A stretch of DNA of 64,000 nt from contig CAXXMU010000005.1 in NCBI GenBank assembly GCA_963667785.2, positions 352,001-416,000 on the forward strand, read 5' to 3'. The notes under the pieces are model-generated. The model did not search any database. It was given only the letters and a program-made list of their open reading frames with translations, and was not told where the DNA came from. Source of the stretch: Alphaproteobacteria bacterium (GTDB lineage: Bacteria; Pseudomonadota; Alphaproteobacteria; UBA828). Position numbers and translations under genes: made by a program. Of the stretch, positions 38,103 to 48,388 are shown in pieces. Positions within the stretch are counted from its first letter, which is position 1, and each line of letters starts with the position of its first letter.

Positions 38103-38975
38103 TCAGACCTGCCAGGACGCGACGGCGCCGTAGGTGTCGGGCCGGCGGTCGCGATAGAAGTTCCACGCGTCCCGCACCTCGCCGATCATGGCGATGTCGA
38201 GCTCGGCGGTGACCAGCTCGTCCTCCCGATCGCCGCCCTGCGCCAGGATCTCGCCGCGCGGATTGACGAAGTAGCTGGAGCCGTAGAAGTGGCCGTTGTT
38301 CCACGGCGGCTCCATGCCGACGCGGTTGTTGGCGCCGATATAGACGATGTTCGCGACCGCGGCAGCCGGCTGCTCCAGGGTCCAGAGATGGTCGCTCAAG
38401 CCCCGCACGGTCGCCGACGGGTTGAAGATCACCTCCGCGCCGTTCATGGCGAGCTCGCGCCAGCCTTCCGGGAAGTGCCGGTCGTAGCAGATGTAGACGC
38501 CGACCTTGCAGAAGGCCGTCTCGAAGACCGGATAGCCGATGTCGCCGGGCTTGAAGTAGTACTTCTCGCAGAAGCCCACCACGTGGGGGATGTGGACCTT
38601 GCGGAACTTGCCGAGATAGCGCCCGTCCGCGTCGATCACGGCAGCCGTGTTGTAGTAGACGCCGGCCTGCGCCTCCTCGTAGACCGGCACCACCAGCGCC
38701 ATGCCGAGGCGCGCGGCCTCGGCCCGCATCCGCTGCACCGTCGGCCCGTCGGGCACCCGCTCGGCGGCGCGGTACCACTTGTTGTCCTGCTCGGCGCCGA
38801 TATAGGGCAGGTTGAAGAGCTCCTGCAGGCCGAGCACCTGCACGCCCGACTGCGCCGCCTGCTCGATGAGGGGCAGGTGGGCCGCGACCATCTTCTCGCC
38901 GATCTGCTCGGGCGTGTCGCGCTCCACGTCGCCCTTGAGGCTCATCTGGATGAGCCCGGCCTTCACCACCGCCAT
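38103..38975 (-). CDS. Nitrilase-related C-N hydrolase (beta-ureidopropionase-like), paralog 1
   Basis: LQELF, KFRKVHIP and YICYDRHFPEGWR. Confidence 0.9.
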   Translation of the reverse strand: MAVVKAGLIQMSLKGDVERDTPEQIGEKMVAAHLPLIEQAAQSGVQVLGLQELFNLPYIGAEQDNKWYRAAERVPDGPTVQRMRAEAARLGMALVVPVYEEAQAGVYYNTAAVIDADGRYLGKFRKVHIPHVVGFCEKYYFKPGDIGYPVFETAFCKVGVYICYDRHFPEGWRELAMNGAEVIFNPSATVRGLSDHLWTLEQPAAAVANIVYIGANNRVGMEPPWNNGHFYGSSYFVNPRGEILAQGGDREDELVTAELDIAMIGEVRDAWNFYRDRRPDTYGAVASWQV

Positions 38976-39101
38976 CGCCGCCCCTCCCGTGGCTGCCAAG
39001 GCCGGCAGCCTAGCCCGGAATTCTCACCAAAGTCATGGCCCGCGCGCCCCTGGCGCGACGTCCGCCATTCCGAAACTCCCTGCGTCTCGCTCACGACCGT
39101 C

Positions 39102-39130
39102 TTGAAATGTTCCCCGTTTGTGACACATTA
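39102..39130 (+). promoter_or_regulatory. Candidate TA promoter with imperfect palindromic operator
   Basis: TTGAAA -35-like hexamer overlapping ATGTTCCCCGTTTGTGACACAT. Confidence 0.4.
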
Positions 39131-39151
39131 GAGCGAGAGAGGAGAGAACCC

Positions 39152-39409
39152 ATGGCCAAGACCGAAATGATCCGTGCCCGCGTCGAACCCGCCCTCAAGC
39201 ACGAGGCCGAAGCGGTGTTCTCCCAGCTCGGGCTGTCGACGACCGAGGCGATCACGTTGTTCTACAGGCAGGTGACGCTGCATCGCGGCCTGCCCTTCGC
39301 GGTGAGGCTTCCCAACGCCGAGACGCGCGACGCGCTGAGGCAGGCTCACGAGAACGAGAACCTCACCGAGTACGACGGTGTGGAGGACCTGAAGGCCGCG
39401 CACAGTTGA
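39152..39409 (+). CDS. dinJ: Type II antitoxin, RelB/DinJ family
   Basis: IRARVEP.LK.EAE.VF..LGL...EAI.LF.RQV....GLPF...PN.ET; RBS GAGGAG. Confidence 0.88.
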   Translation: MAKTEMIRARVEPALKHEAEAVFSQLGLSTTEAITLFYRQVTLHRGLPFAVRLPNAETRDALRQAHENENLTEYDGVEDLKAAHS

Positions 39410-39412
39410 TCC

Positions 39413-39679
39413 ATGCGGCTGCTCACGACGCGACGTTTTGAACGAGACCTAAGGCGATCGAAAAGGCGGGGCAAGAACCTCGACAGGCTGTGGACCGTCG
39501 TCGAGCGGCTGCTGCAGGATCAGCCGCTCGATCCTCGTCACAGAGTCCATCGCTTGTCAGGCGATCGGTCCGGCTCCTGGGAGTGCCACATCGAAGCTGA
39601 CTGGCTCCTGATCTGGCACCGCCGCGACGACGCCCTGGTGCTCGTGAGAACCGGCACTCATTCCGACCTGTTCGGCTGA
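39413..39679 (+). CDS. yafQ: Type II toxin, YafQ family mRNA interferase
   Basis: F.RDL, H.LSG, ECHIEADWLLI and RTGTHSDLF. Confidence 0.92.
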   Translation: MRLLTTRRFERDLRRSKRRGKNLDRLWTVVERLLQDQPLDPRHRVHRLSGDRSGSWECHIEADWLLIWHRRDDALVLVRTGTHSDLFG

Positions 39680-39700
39680 TCGGCCACAGTCGCCGGCGCG

Positions 39701-41200
39701 CTACGACATCATCGGGAATGAGAGGTCCACGCCCGCGCGGATCCCGGTGGGCCAGCGCGAGGTCACGGTCTTGAGCTTGGTGTAGAAGCGCACCCCCTCC
39801 ATGCCGTGCATGGCGTGGTCGCCGAAGAGCGAGCGCTTCCAGCCGCCGAAGCTGTGATAGGCGACCGGCACCGGGATCGGCACGTTGACGCCCACCATGC
39901 CGATCTCGACCTGGTTGGCGAACTCGCGGGCGGCATCGCCGTCGCGGGTGAAGATCGCCACCCCGTTGCCGAACTCGTGCTCGTTGACCATGCGGACGGC
40001 GGCCTCGTAGTCGGGCGCGCGCACCACGGAGAGCACCGGCCCGAAGATCTCCTCCTGGTAGATGCGCATATCGGGCGTGACCCGGTCGAACAGACAGGGG
40101 CCGATGAAATAGCCGTTCTCGTAGCCCTGCAGCGCGGGGTCGCGCCCGTCGATGACGAGCTCCGCCCCTTCCTCGACGCCGAGGTCGACATAGCCCCGCA
40201 CCTTGTCGAAGTGCGCCTTCGTCACCAGCGGCCCCATGTCGGCGTCCGCATCGGTGCCGGGCCCCACCTTGATGCTCTCGATCTTGGGCTTGAGGTCCTC
40301 GATCAGCGCATCGCCTACCTTGTCGCCGATGGCGACCGCGACCGAGACGGCCATGCAGCGCTCGCCGGCGGAGCCATAGGCCGCGCCGATGAGCGCATCG
40401 CCCGCCATCGCGAGGTCGGCATCGGGCATGACGACCGCGTGGTTCTTGGCCCCGCCCAGCGCCTGCACCCGCTTACCGTGGGCGCAGCCGGTCTGGTAGA
40501 CGTATTCGGCGATGGGCGTCGAGCCGACGAAGCTCACCGCGGCGATGTCCGGGTGCGCGAGGATCGCGTCCACCGCCTCCTTGTCGCCGTGGACGACGTT
40601 GAATACGCCGTCGGGGCAGCCGGCTTCCTTCAGCCATTCGGCCATCATCATCGCGGCAGACGGGTCCTTCTCCGAGGGCTTGAGGATGAACGCGTTGCCG
40701 CAGGCAATGGCCACCGGGAACATCCACATCGGCACCATGGCCGGGAAGTTGAAAGGGGTGATGCCGGCGACCACGCCGAGCGGCTGGCGGCTGGAGAAGC
40801 TGTCCACGCCGGTGCCGACGGCCTCGGTGAAGTCGCCCCGCAGCAGGTGCGGGATGCCGCAGGCGAACTCCAGCACCTCGATGCCGCGGGTCACCGAGCC
40901 GATCGCGTCGGACAGCACCTTGCCGTGCTCCCGCGTGATGACCCGGGCGAGCTCCTCCTTGCGGCTCTCCACCAGCTCCTTGAAGGCGAAGATCACCCGC
41001 GCCCTGCGGAGCGGCGGGGTGGCCGCCCAGGCAGGCGCGGCCTCGGCCGCGGCGCGCACGGCGTCGTCGACCTCGGCGACGCTGGCAAACGGCACGCGCG
41101 CGACCACCTCGCCGGCGGACGGGTCGTAGACATCGCCGAAACGCGACGACGCGCCGGGCCGGGCAGCGCCGTTGATCCAGTGGCTGAGGGTGTCGGTCAT
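39701..41200 (-). CDS. mmsA: CoA-acylating (methyl)malonate-semialdehyde dehydrogenase
   Basis: ITPFNFPAMVPMW, KPSEKDP, GGAKNH, AGERCMA and EEIFGP. Confidence 0.95.
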   Translation of the reverse strand: MTDTLSHWINGAARPGASSRFGDVYDPSAGEVVARVPFASVAEVDDAVRAAAEAAPAWAATPPLRRARVIFAFKELVESRKEELARVITREHGKVLSDAIGSVTRGIEVLEFACGIPHLLRGDFTEAVGTGVDSFSSRQPLGVVAGITPFNFPAMVPMWMFPVAIACGNAFILKPSEKDPSAAMMMAEWLKEAGCPDGVFNVVHGDKEAVDAILAHPDIAAVSFVGSTPIAEYVYQTGCAHGKRVQALGGAKNHAVVMPDADLAMAGDALIGAAYGSAGERCMAVSVAVAIGDKVGDALIEDLKPKIESIKVGPGTDADADMGPLVTKAHFDKVRGYVDLGVEEGAELVIDGRDPALQGYENGYFIGPCLFDRVTPDMRIYQEEIFGPVLSVVRAPDYEAAVRMVNEHEFGNGVAIFTRDGDAAREFANQVEIGMVGVNVPIPVPVAYHSFGGWKRSLFGDHAMHGMEGVRFYTKLKTVTSRWPTGIRAGVDLSFPMMS

Positions 41201-41236
41201 AGCGGTCCCCCGTTCTTCGTCGGTTCGTGGAGCCGG

Positions 41237-42355
41237 TCAGGCGGCCAGCGCCCGCTCCGGCGCGAGATAGTCGTGGCCGAGGTCCAGCGCCACGGCCTCG
41301 TGGGTCACGCGGCCGCGGCAGACGTTGAGGCCCTGCATGAGGTGGGGATCGTCGCGCAGGGCCTGCTGCCAGCCGCGCCCCGCCAGCGCGAGCACGAAGG
41401 GCAGCGTCGCGTTGCTCAGCGCGAAGGTCGAGGTGCGGGCCACGGCCCCCGGCATGTTAGTGACGCAGTAGTGCAGGACGTTGTCCACCTTGTAGGTGGG
41501 GTCCGCATGGGTGGTCGGCCGGCTGGTCTCGAAGCAGCCCCCCTGGTCGATCGCAACGTCCACCACCACGGCGTTGCGGCGCATGCCCTCCAGCATGTCG
41601 CGGCGCACCAGCTTGGGCGCGGCGGCGCCGGCGACGAGCACGGCGCCGATCACCAGATCGGCCTCCGACACCGCCTCCTCGATGCCGTGGACGGTCGAGA
41701 AGAGGGTCGTCGCGCTGGCGCCGAAGATCTCGTCGAGCTGGCGCAGCCGCGGCAGCGAGCGATCGATGATCGTGACCTGCGCCCCCATGCCGACGGCCAT
41801 GCGCGCCGCATGGGTGCCCACCACGCCGCCACCGAGGATCACCACGTCCGCCGGCGGCACCCCGGGGACACCGCCGAGCAGGACGCCGCGGCCGCCCTGC
41901 TCCTTCTCCAGGCAATGGGCGCCGGCCTGGATCGACATGCGGCCCGCGACCTCGCTCATCGGCGCGAGCAGCGGCAGCCCGCCGCGCGCATCGGTCACGG
42001 TCTCGTAGGCGATGGCGATGCAGCCGGACTCGATCAGCTCGTTGGTCTGGGCGGCGTCGGCGGCGAGGTGGAGATAGGTGAACAGCACCTGGTCCGCCCG
42101 CAGCATGGCGCGCTCCGGCGCGAGCGGCTCCTTCACCTTCACGATCATCTCGGCGCTGCCGAAGATCTCCGCCGCATCGTCCGCCAGCACGGCGCCGGCC
42201 CGCTCGTAGTGCTCGTCGAGGAGCCCGATCTCGGTGCCCGCGTCCCTCTCGACCATGACCCGGTGGCCGTTCTGCACCAGCTCGCGCACCCCGCCGGGCG
42301 GAATGCCGACGCGGTACTCGTGGACCTTGGTCTCCTTGGGAACGCCGATGAGCAT
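41237..42355 (-). CDS. ald: Alanine dehydrogenase
   Basis: [33 protein letters not shown] and NMPGAV. Confidence 0.95.
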   Translation of the reverse strand: MLIGVPKETKVHEYRVGIPPGGVRELVQNGHRVMVERDAGTEIGLLDEHYERAGAVLADDAAEIFGSAEMIVKVKEPLAPERAMLRADQVLFTYLHLAADAAQTNELIESGCIAIAYETVTDARGGLPLLAPMSEVAGRMSIQAGAHCLEKEQGGRGVLLGGVPGVPPADVVILGGGVVGTHAARMAVGMGAQVTIIDRSLPRLRQLDEIFGASATTLFSTVHGIEEAVSEADLVIGAVLVAGAAAPKLVRRDMLEGMRRNAVVVDVAIDQGGCFETSRPTTHADPTYKVDNVLHYCVTNMPGAVARTSTFALSNATLPFVLALAGRGWQQALRDDPHLMQGLNVCRGRVTHEAVALDLGHDYLAPERALAA

Positions 42356-42446
42356 GGCCGTTCTTTCCCTGATGATGGTGCTGCCGGCCGCTGCCAGCGA
42401 CTGGATCGAGGCCGGGGCCGGCCGCCGCGCCTGCCGCGGGCGGCGG

Positions 42447-43190
42447 TCAGTCGGCCGCGTCCGGCTGCAGGAGGTCCGCAGGCTCGCCCTCCCCCAGCCG
42501 GCCGGGCTCCGACGGGCCGGGATCGGCCGCAGCCGCCGTTGGATCTTCCGCGACCTCGGGCGGATCGTCCGCCGTCGCAGGCGGATCTACCGCCGGCGGC
42601 GAGGGCTCGGCCTCCGCGGCCGCGGCGGACGCCGCTCTCGCGGCCCGCTCGCTGCGCGCCGCCGCACGCTCGGCCCGCGCTCGCGCCTTGCGCACCGCAT
42701 CGAGGAGCTCCGCCTCGGTGCAGATGCCGAGCAGGATCGGGTCGTGCGGCGTGATGTTCGCCCTGTTCCAGTGGCTCCCGTCGCGCACCGCGTTGATGGT
42801 CGACTTGGTCGTGCCCAGCAGCTTGCCGATCTGCGCGTCGCTCAGCTCGTCATAGTTCTTGAGCAGCCAGGCGATGGCGTTGGGCCGGTCCTGGCGCTTG
42901 CTGACCGGCGTGTAGCGGGCGCGGCGGGTGCGCTGGGGGAGCTCTTCGGCCGGACCGGTGGCCTCGAGGCGCAGCGAGGTATCCTGCTCGCAGCGCGCGA
43001 CCTCCTCGCGGCTCAGCTGTCCGTTGGCGATCGGATCGAGGCCGCGGATGCCGACCGCGACCTCGCCGTCGGCGATGCCCTGCACCTCCAGCGGATGAAG
43101 GCCGCAAAACGCCGCGATCTGATCGAAGGTGAGCGTCGTGTTGTCGATCAGCCATACAGCCGTGGCCTTGGGCATCAGCAAGTCGGCCAT
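42447..43190 (-). CDS. trcR: Cell-cycle transcriptional regulator TrcR (DUF1013)
   Basis: LMPKATAVWLIDNT.LTFDQIA.FC, RYTPVSKRQDRP and HWN. Confidence 0.9.
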   Translation of the reverse strand: MADLLMPKATAVWLIDNTTLTFDQIAAFCGLHPLEVQGIADGEVAVGIRGLDPIANGQLSREEVARCEQDTSLRLEATGPAEELPQRTRRARYTPVSKRQDRPNAIAWLLKNYDELSDAQIGKLLGTTKSTINAVRDGSHWNRANITPHDPILLGICTEAELLDAVRKARARAERAAARSERAARAASAAAAEAEPSPPAVDPPATADDPPEVAEDPTAAAADPGPSEPGRLGEGEPADLLQPDAAD

Positions 43191-43334
43191 CTTATGCGTT
43201 CCTTCTTCCGCTGCCCGCGGTCGTTCCCGCCGCGGGCGGCAGCAGCGCATGCCAGTGCGATTGAACCGGCCGGTATATCGCTTTGACGGGGGGAGCGCAA
43301 AGCCGGAAACGACGGAGACCGGCCGCCGCCGGTG

Positions 43335-44342
43335 CTAGCGGGGGCTGCGTTCCAGCAGGATCTTGCCGATGTGCGCGCCGTTCTCCATGCGCGCGTGCGC
43401 CGCCGCCGCCTGCTCGAGCGGGAGCCGGCAGTCGATGACGGGGCGGACCAGCCCCTGCCCCACCAGCGGCCAGACCGTTTCCTCCAGCGCCGCCCCGATG
43501 CGGGCCTTGCTGTCGATGCTCTGGGGCCTGAGCGTGGAGCCCACGATGGTCAGCCGCTTGCGCATGAGCGCGAAAACGTCGATCTGGGATTTCGACGCCT
43601 CCTGCACGGCGATCTGCGCCAGCCGCCCTTCCGGCCGCAGCGCCGCGATGTTGCGCTGCAGGTAGCTGCCGCCGACCATGTCGAGCACCACGTCGACGCC
43701 CTCTCCGCCCGTGAGCGCCTTCACCGCGGCGACGAAGTCCTCGCTCCGGTAGTCGATCGCCTTCTCCGCGCCGAGCCCCTCGCAGGCGGCGCACTTCTCG
43801 GCCGAGCCGGCGGTCGCGAAGACGCGGACGCCCAGAGCAGACGCGATCTGGATCGCGGTCGTGCCGATGCCGCTGCTGCCGCCATGGACGAGCAGCCGCT
43901 CGCCGGCGCGCAGCCGGGCGCGCTCGAAGAGATTGGTCCACACCGTGAAGCAGGTCTCGGGAAGGCCGGCCGCGTCCACCAGCGAGAGCGGCGCCGGCAC
44001 GGGCAGCGTCTGGCCTTCCGGGGCGACGCAGTATTCGGCGTAGCCGCCGCCGTGGGTGAGCGCGCAGACGGCGTCGCCCGCTTCGTAGCGGTGCGCGCCG
44101 GACCCGCTCGCCACCACGGTCCCCGAGACCTCGAGCCCCGGAATGTCGGAGGCGCCGGGCGGCGGCGGATAGAGGCCTTCGCGCTGCATCGTGTCCGGCC
44201 GGTTGACGCCGGACGCGGCGACCTCGATCAGCACCTCGCCGAGCCCCGGTGCGCACACCGGGCGACGGGCCGGGCGCAGGACCTCGGGCCCGCCGGGCTC
44301 CGCGATCTCGATGACGGTCATGTCTGCCGGCAGCGTCGTCAT
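43335..44342 (-). CDS. NAD(P)H:quinone oxidoreductase (zeta-crystallin/PIG3 family)
   Basis: GVNRPD..QREG.YPPP, HGGSSGIG, GSTLRP and HIGKI. Confidence 0.92.
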   Translation of the reverse strand: MTTLPADMTVIEIAEPGGPEVLRPARRPVCAPGLGEVLIEVAASGVNRPDTMQREGLYPPPPGASDIPGLEVSGTVVASGSGAHRYEAGDAVCALTHGGGYAEYCVAPEGQTLPVPAPLSLVDAAGLPETCFTVWTNLFERARLRAGERLLVHGGSSGIGTTAIQIASALGVRVFATAGSAEKCAACEGLGAEKAIDYRSEDFVAAVKALTGGEGVDVVLDMVGGSYLQRNIAALRPEGRLAQIAVQEASKSQIDVFALMRKRLTIVGSTLRPQSIDSKARIGAALEETVWPLVGQGLVRPVIDCRLPLEQAAAAHARMENGAHIGKILLERSPR

Positions 44343-44409
44343 GATGCCTCCAATCGATTTGCGCCCGCGACTATACTCAAGCCGGCCCGGCCGGCGCAGG
44401 AGAAACGGG

Positions 44410-44595
44410 ATGGACGAGGACGAGGTTCGCATCCCGCGAGAGCGGGAGTGGTCTCCGCGGGTGCTCGACGACATGTCAGTCGAGGCGCTGCACGCCTATG
44501 CCGGCCAGCTCGAGGGGGAGCTCGCGCGGGTGAAGGGCGCGCTCGCGGCGAAGACGGACTACCTGAGCAAGGCGGATTCGCTCTTCAAGAGCTAG
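44410..44595 (+). CDS. DUF1192 family small protein
   Basis: L..MSVE.L......LEGE..R...AL..K......ADSLFK. Confidence 0.8.
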   Translation: MDEDEVRIPREREWSPRVLDDMSVEALHAYAGQLEGELARVKGALAAKTDYLSKADSLFKS

Positions 44596-44769
44596 AGCGC
44601 GTCCGACTTTAGCGGACGCGCGCAGGCCGCGGCTGCGGCCCGCCGCTTATGCGGCGCACCCGCGCAGGCGCCGGCCGTCGCGCCGATAGGCGCGCGGAAT
44701 CGCTCGACGGCCGGCTGCCGTGAGCGACAAAGTGCTAGAGCGTTTCCGTGTAAGACGGAAATGCTCTAG
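44592..44769 (+). repeat. Structured intergenic repeat, copy 4 (most complete)
   Basis: CTAGAGC...GCTCTAG inverted termini; each terminal TAG is the stop of one of the two convergent genes. Confidence 0.9.
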
Positions 44770-45473
44770 TCCCGCTCCAGCAGGGCGCCGATGGCGGCAA
44801 GCCCGATGGGCGCGCCGTCATGCTCGGCCATCGCGTCGAGCAGCGCACCCCAGAGATAGACCGCCGACGCGCTGTCGGCGAGCAGGTCGAAGGCCGGCAC
44901 CGCGCCGATATCGCCCCGGATCACGATGGCGTTGAGGCGGGCGACGTTGGTCTGGGCGATGGCGTCCGCCGCGAAGGAGCCGGGCCTGAGGTCCACGGCG
45001 CAGACCTTGGCGAGCATCCCGACCGCGTGCGCGCCGGTGAGCAGCAGCCAGCAGCTCGTCTCCTGCCTGGCGACGTGGAAGCAGCCGTCCGCCTCCGCCA
45101 TGCTCCAGGCTTGGCGCAGGCTCTCGATCAGCGGTCCGCGACCGGTGCGGTCGGCGAGCACGAGCGCCTCGCCCGGCGCGAGCCTGGCGATGCGGGTGCC
45201 GTCGGCCTGGGGGTAGGCCCGGTTGCTCGCCTCGCCCATCTCGGCACCCGCCTGCGCAAGCCAGGGGCCGGCATTCCAGCCCTTGAAGCCGACCCTGGGC
45301 AGCGGCGTGAGGTCGGCGAGGCCGAGCGCCTCCGCCCGGGCCGCCTCGTCGGCCGCATCGCCCCCGAAGTCGCGCGCCACGGCGTAGTCGCCCAGCGCAT
45401 CGAAGCGCGCGCCGTCTTCCGCGAGCTCGCGGTAGAGGGGCGAGCGGCGGGTCTGCTCCGCGGGCGCCGTCAC
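44766..45473 (-). CDS. Sarcosine oxidase gamma-like subunit (MgdD-like)
   Basis: RRSPLY, LADLT.LPR.GFKG and KVCAVDLR..F....AQT; last gene of the tetramer operon. Confidence 0.8.
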   Translation of the reverse strand: MTAPAEQTRRSPLYRELAEDGARFDALGDYAVARDFGGDAADEAARAEALGLADLTPLPRVGFKGWNAGPWLAQAGAEMGEASNRAYPQADGTRIARLAPGEALVLADRTGRGPLIESLRQAWSMAEADGCFHVARQETSCWLLLTGAHAVGMLAKVCAVDLRPGSFAADAIAQTNVARLNAIVIRGDIGAVPAFDLLADSASAVYLWGALLDAMAEHDGAPIGLAAIGALLERD

Positions 45474-45475
45474 GC

Positions 45476-48388
45476 TCAGAGCTCCTGCCGCGCGCCGTCG
45501 GGGTCGAAGAAGGGCAGCTTCGCCACCGTGGCACTCACCATGCGCCCGCCGTCCACCCTGATCTCGATCCGGGCGCCGGGCTCACCCTGGTCCGGCGCGA
45601 CGTAGGCGAGGCCGATGATCCTGTCGAGGTTGGGCGAATAGGCGACCGAGGTGACCCGCCCGGTGATCTCGCCCTCGCGGATCACGAGGTGGCACTCCTT
45701 CGGCTGCTCGACGCCGACGCCCGGCATCTCGAACCCCACCAGCTTGCGGGTGAGTCCCTTCTCCGCCTGCATCCGCACCGAGCGGATGCCGACGTGGAAC
45801 GGCTTCTTCTTGGCGAGCGCCCAGGCCATGTCGGCCTCGTGCGGGGTGGTGAGGCCGTCGGTGTCCTGGCCGATGATGATGTGGCCCTTCTCGAGCCGGA
45901 GCAGGCGCTGCGCCTCGACGCCGAAGGGCCGGATGCCGTGCGCCCTGCCGGCGTCCAGCAGCGCGTCCCACAGCGCCTCGCCCTGGCTCGCCGGCACGTG
46001 CAGCTCGTAGCCGAGCTCGCCGACGAAGCCGACACGGAGGAAGAGCGCCGGGATGCCGGCGACATGGCCCTCGCGCACGCCCATGTAGGGGAAGCCCCCG
46101 GGCGAGATGTCCACGTCGTCGCAGAGGGTCTCCAGCACCGCGCGGCAGTTGGGGCCGGCGATGTTGACGCCGGCGAGCGCGGCGGTGACGTTGCTCACGT
46201 CCACCTTCAGCCGCCACTGGGCGTTGTACCAGAGCATCTCGCGGTAGACGTTGTCGACGCCGGAGGTCGTCGCCGTGACGTAGAAGTGGTCCTCGTGCAT
46301 CCGGCAGGCGACGCCGTCGTCCACTACGACGCCGCCGAGGTCGGTCATCAGCACGTAGCGCGAGCGGCCCACCGGCTGCTTCAGATAGGCGAAGGTGTAC
46401 ATGCGGTTCATGAACTCGGCCGCATCGGGCCCGCGCACGTCGAGCCCGCCGAGGGTGGAGACGTCGATGATGCCCACGTTGTCGCGGACGTTCTTCGCCT
46501 CCTCGCGGATCAGCGCCTGCCGCCGCGCGGGCTCGCCGTAGTACTCCGGCCGGAGCCAGAGGCCCGCCGGCATCATGGTGGCGCCGGCCTCGAGATGGCG
46601 GAAGTGCATCGCCGTGTAGCGCACCGGCTCGAAGCTGCGGCCGGCGAGGTGGCCCATGGTGACCGGCACGATGGGCTGGCGCACCGTGGTGGCGCCGGTC
46701 TCGTCGACGCTCCGCGCCGTCGCCCGCGCCAGCACGCGCACCGCGTTGAGCGACGAGTGCCGGCCCTGAGAGGGCCCCATGCCGTTGGTGGTGAAGCGCT
46801 TGAGCAGCTCGACGTGGTCGTAGCCTTCGGCGATCGCGTCCTCGAGGTCGTGCACCTGCACGTCCTCGTCGAAGTCGACGAAGGCCTTGTGGTCGGGATG
46901 CGGGAAGATCGGCCATACGCCCTTGGCAGTCGCCGGCGCATCGCCATCGGGGGCGGCGGCGGGCTCGGGCCCGGCGTCGAGGCCGGCATGAGCCGCCGCC
47001 TGCCAGCCGGCGCGGCGCCCGTCGGCGATCACCCCGTCGAGGCCAGCCGCGCCCGCCACCCCGCCAGCGGCGAAGACACCGGCGGGCAGCGCGTCGATCC
47101 GCGTCGTCTGGCGCCGGCTGTCGTAGGCGATGGCGGCGCCCGCCTGGCGCAGCAGCGCGGCCGCCGGCGCCTGGCCGCCGGAGACGACGAGGAGATCGCA
47201 GGTGAAGCTGTCGACGGTAGGGGCACAGACGCCGTCCTCCACGATCTTGGCCACCCGCACGCGGGCGATGCCGGGGCCCTTGCGCTGGGGCACGGCCTCC
47301 CAGGGTGCTGCGCCCGCGTGGACCGGCACCCGGCGGGCGGCGAGCGCGTCGCCGACGCCGCTGCGGGGCGCGTCCGTGCGCAGGTCCACCACCGCCGCCA
47401 CCTCGACGCCGGCGTCCAGCAGGTCCAGCGCGGCGCCATAGCCGTCGTCGCTCGCCGTCGCCACCACCGCGCGGCGCCCGGGCCTGACGCCGTAGAGCTT
47501 GATGAGGCGCTGGGCGGCCGAGGCCAGCATGACGCCGGGCAGGTCGTTGTTGCGAAAGACCAGCGGCTGCTCGAGGCAGCCGGTCGCGACCACCAGCGCC
47601 TTGGCCCTGAGCTTGTAGAGCCGGTTGCCGCGCACGAGCGGCAGCCAGTTGTCGGCGTACCAGCCGAGGCAGGCGGTCTCGGTCATCACCGAGATGCGAT
47701 CGTCCGCCTCGACCTCGCCCGCCAGCGCGGTGCGCGCGTCCGCCGTGCGGACCCCGCCCGCGTCGAAACGGCCGTGGAGAAGGGCGCCGCCGAGGGCCGC
47801 GTTCTCGTCCGCGAGCACGACCTCTGCACCGGCGGCAGCCGCCTGCGATGCCGCCGCGAGCCCTGCCGCGCCGCCGCCAACCACCAGCACGTCGCAGAAG
47901 AGATACTGCTTGTCGAAATAGCCGTGCGGCGCGGCCGTATCGACGCTGCCGAGCCCGGCGATGCGGCGGATCATCCGGGCCCAGAGCGGCCAGGTCCAGC
48001 GCGGCTTGTAGAACGCCTTGTAGTAGAAGCCCGCCGGGAAGAAGCGGTGCAGCAGGCCGAACACCGCCATCCGGTCGTGCCTGAGCGTCCCCCAGTAGTT
48101 CTGGCCCGTGACCTCGAGACCGGCGGCGAGCGGCTCGCGATCGGCGAGGCGGTTGGGCGCCGGGCCCACCTGGACCAGGGTGTTCGCATCGAGGCCCGAG
48201 AGCGAATGGATGCCGCGCGCACGGTGATACTTGAAGGAGCGCGAGAGCACCGTCACGTCGTTCGCGGCCAGCGCGCTCGCCACCGTGTCGCCGCGAAAGC
48301 CCTGGTAGCGCCTGCCCTCGAAGCTGAAGGCGACGGTCTCGGAACGGTCGAGGAGGAGGCCGGCGGGCTCCGGCAGGCGCTCCATCAT
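45476..48388 (-). CDS. Sarcosine oxidase alpha-like subunit (MgdC-like)
   Basis: GDTVASALAAN, RSFKYHR, GGGAAG, KRFTT.GMGPSQG, DVSTLG, GELGYE and LRLEKG. Confidence 0.9.
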   Translation of the reverse strand: MMERLPEPAGLLLDRSETVAFSFEGRRYQGFRGDTVASALAANDVTVLSRSFKYHRARGIHSLSGLDANTLVQVGPAPNRLADREPLAAGLEVTGQNYWGTLRHDRMAVFGLLHRFFPAGFYYKAFYKPRWTWPLWARMIRRIAGLGSVDTAAPHGYFDKQYLFCDVLVVGGGAAGLAAASQAAAAGAEVVLADENAALGGALLHGRFDAGGVRTADARTALAGEVEADDRISVMTETACLGWYADNWLPLVRGNRLYKLRAKALVVATGCLEQPLVFRNNDLPGVMLASAAQRLIKLYGVRPGRRAVVATASDDGYGAALDLLDAGVEVAAVVDLRTDAPRSGVGDALAARRVPVHAGAAPWEAVPQRKGPGIARVRVAKIVEDGVCAPTVDSFTCDLLVVSGGQAPAAALLRQAGAAIAYDSRRQTTRIDALPAGVFAAGGVAGAAGLDGVIADGRRAGWQAAAHAGLDAGPEPAAAPDGDAPATAKGVWPIFPHPDHKAFVDFDEDVQVHDLEDAIAEGYDHVELLKRFTTNGMGPSQGRHSSLNAVRVLARATARSVDETGATTVRQPIVPVTMGHLAGRSFEPVRYTAMHFRHLEAGATMMPAGLWLRPEYYGEPARRQALIREEAKNVRDNVGIIDVSTLGGLDVRGPDAAEFMNRMYTFAYLKQPVGRSRYVLMTDLGGVVVDDGVACRMHEDHFYVTATTSGVDNVYREMLWYNAQWRLKVDVSNVTAALAGVNIAGPNCRAVLETLCDDVDISPGGFPYMGVREGHVAGIPALFLRVGFVGELGYELHVPASQGEALWDALLDAGRAHGIRPFGVEAQRLLRLEKGHIIIGQDTDGLTTPHEADMAWALAKKKPFHVGIRSVRMQAEKGLTRKLVGFEMPGVGVEQPKECHLVIREGEITGRVTSVAYSPNLDRIIGLAYVAPDQGEPGARIEIRVDGGRMVSATVAKLPFFDPDGARQEL

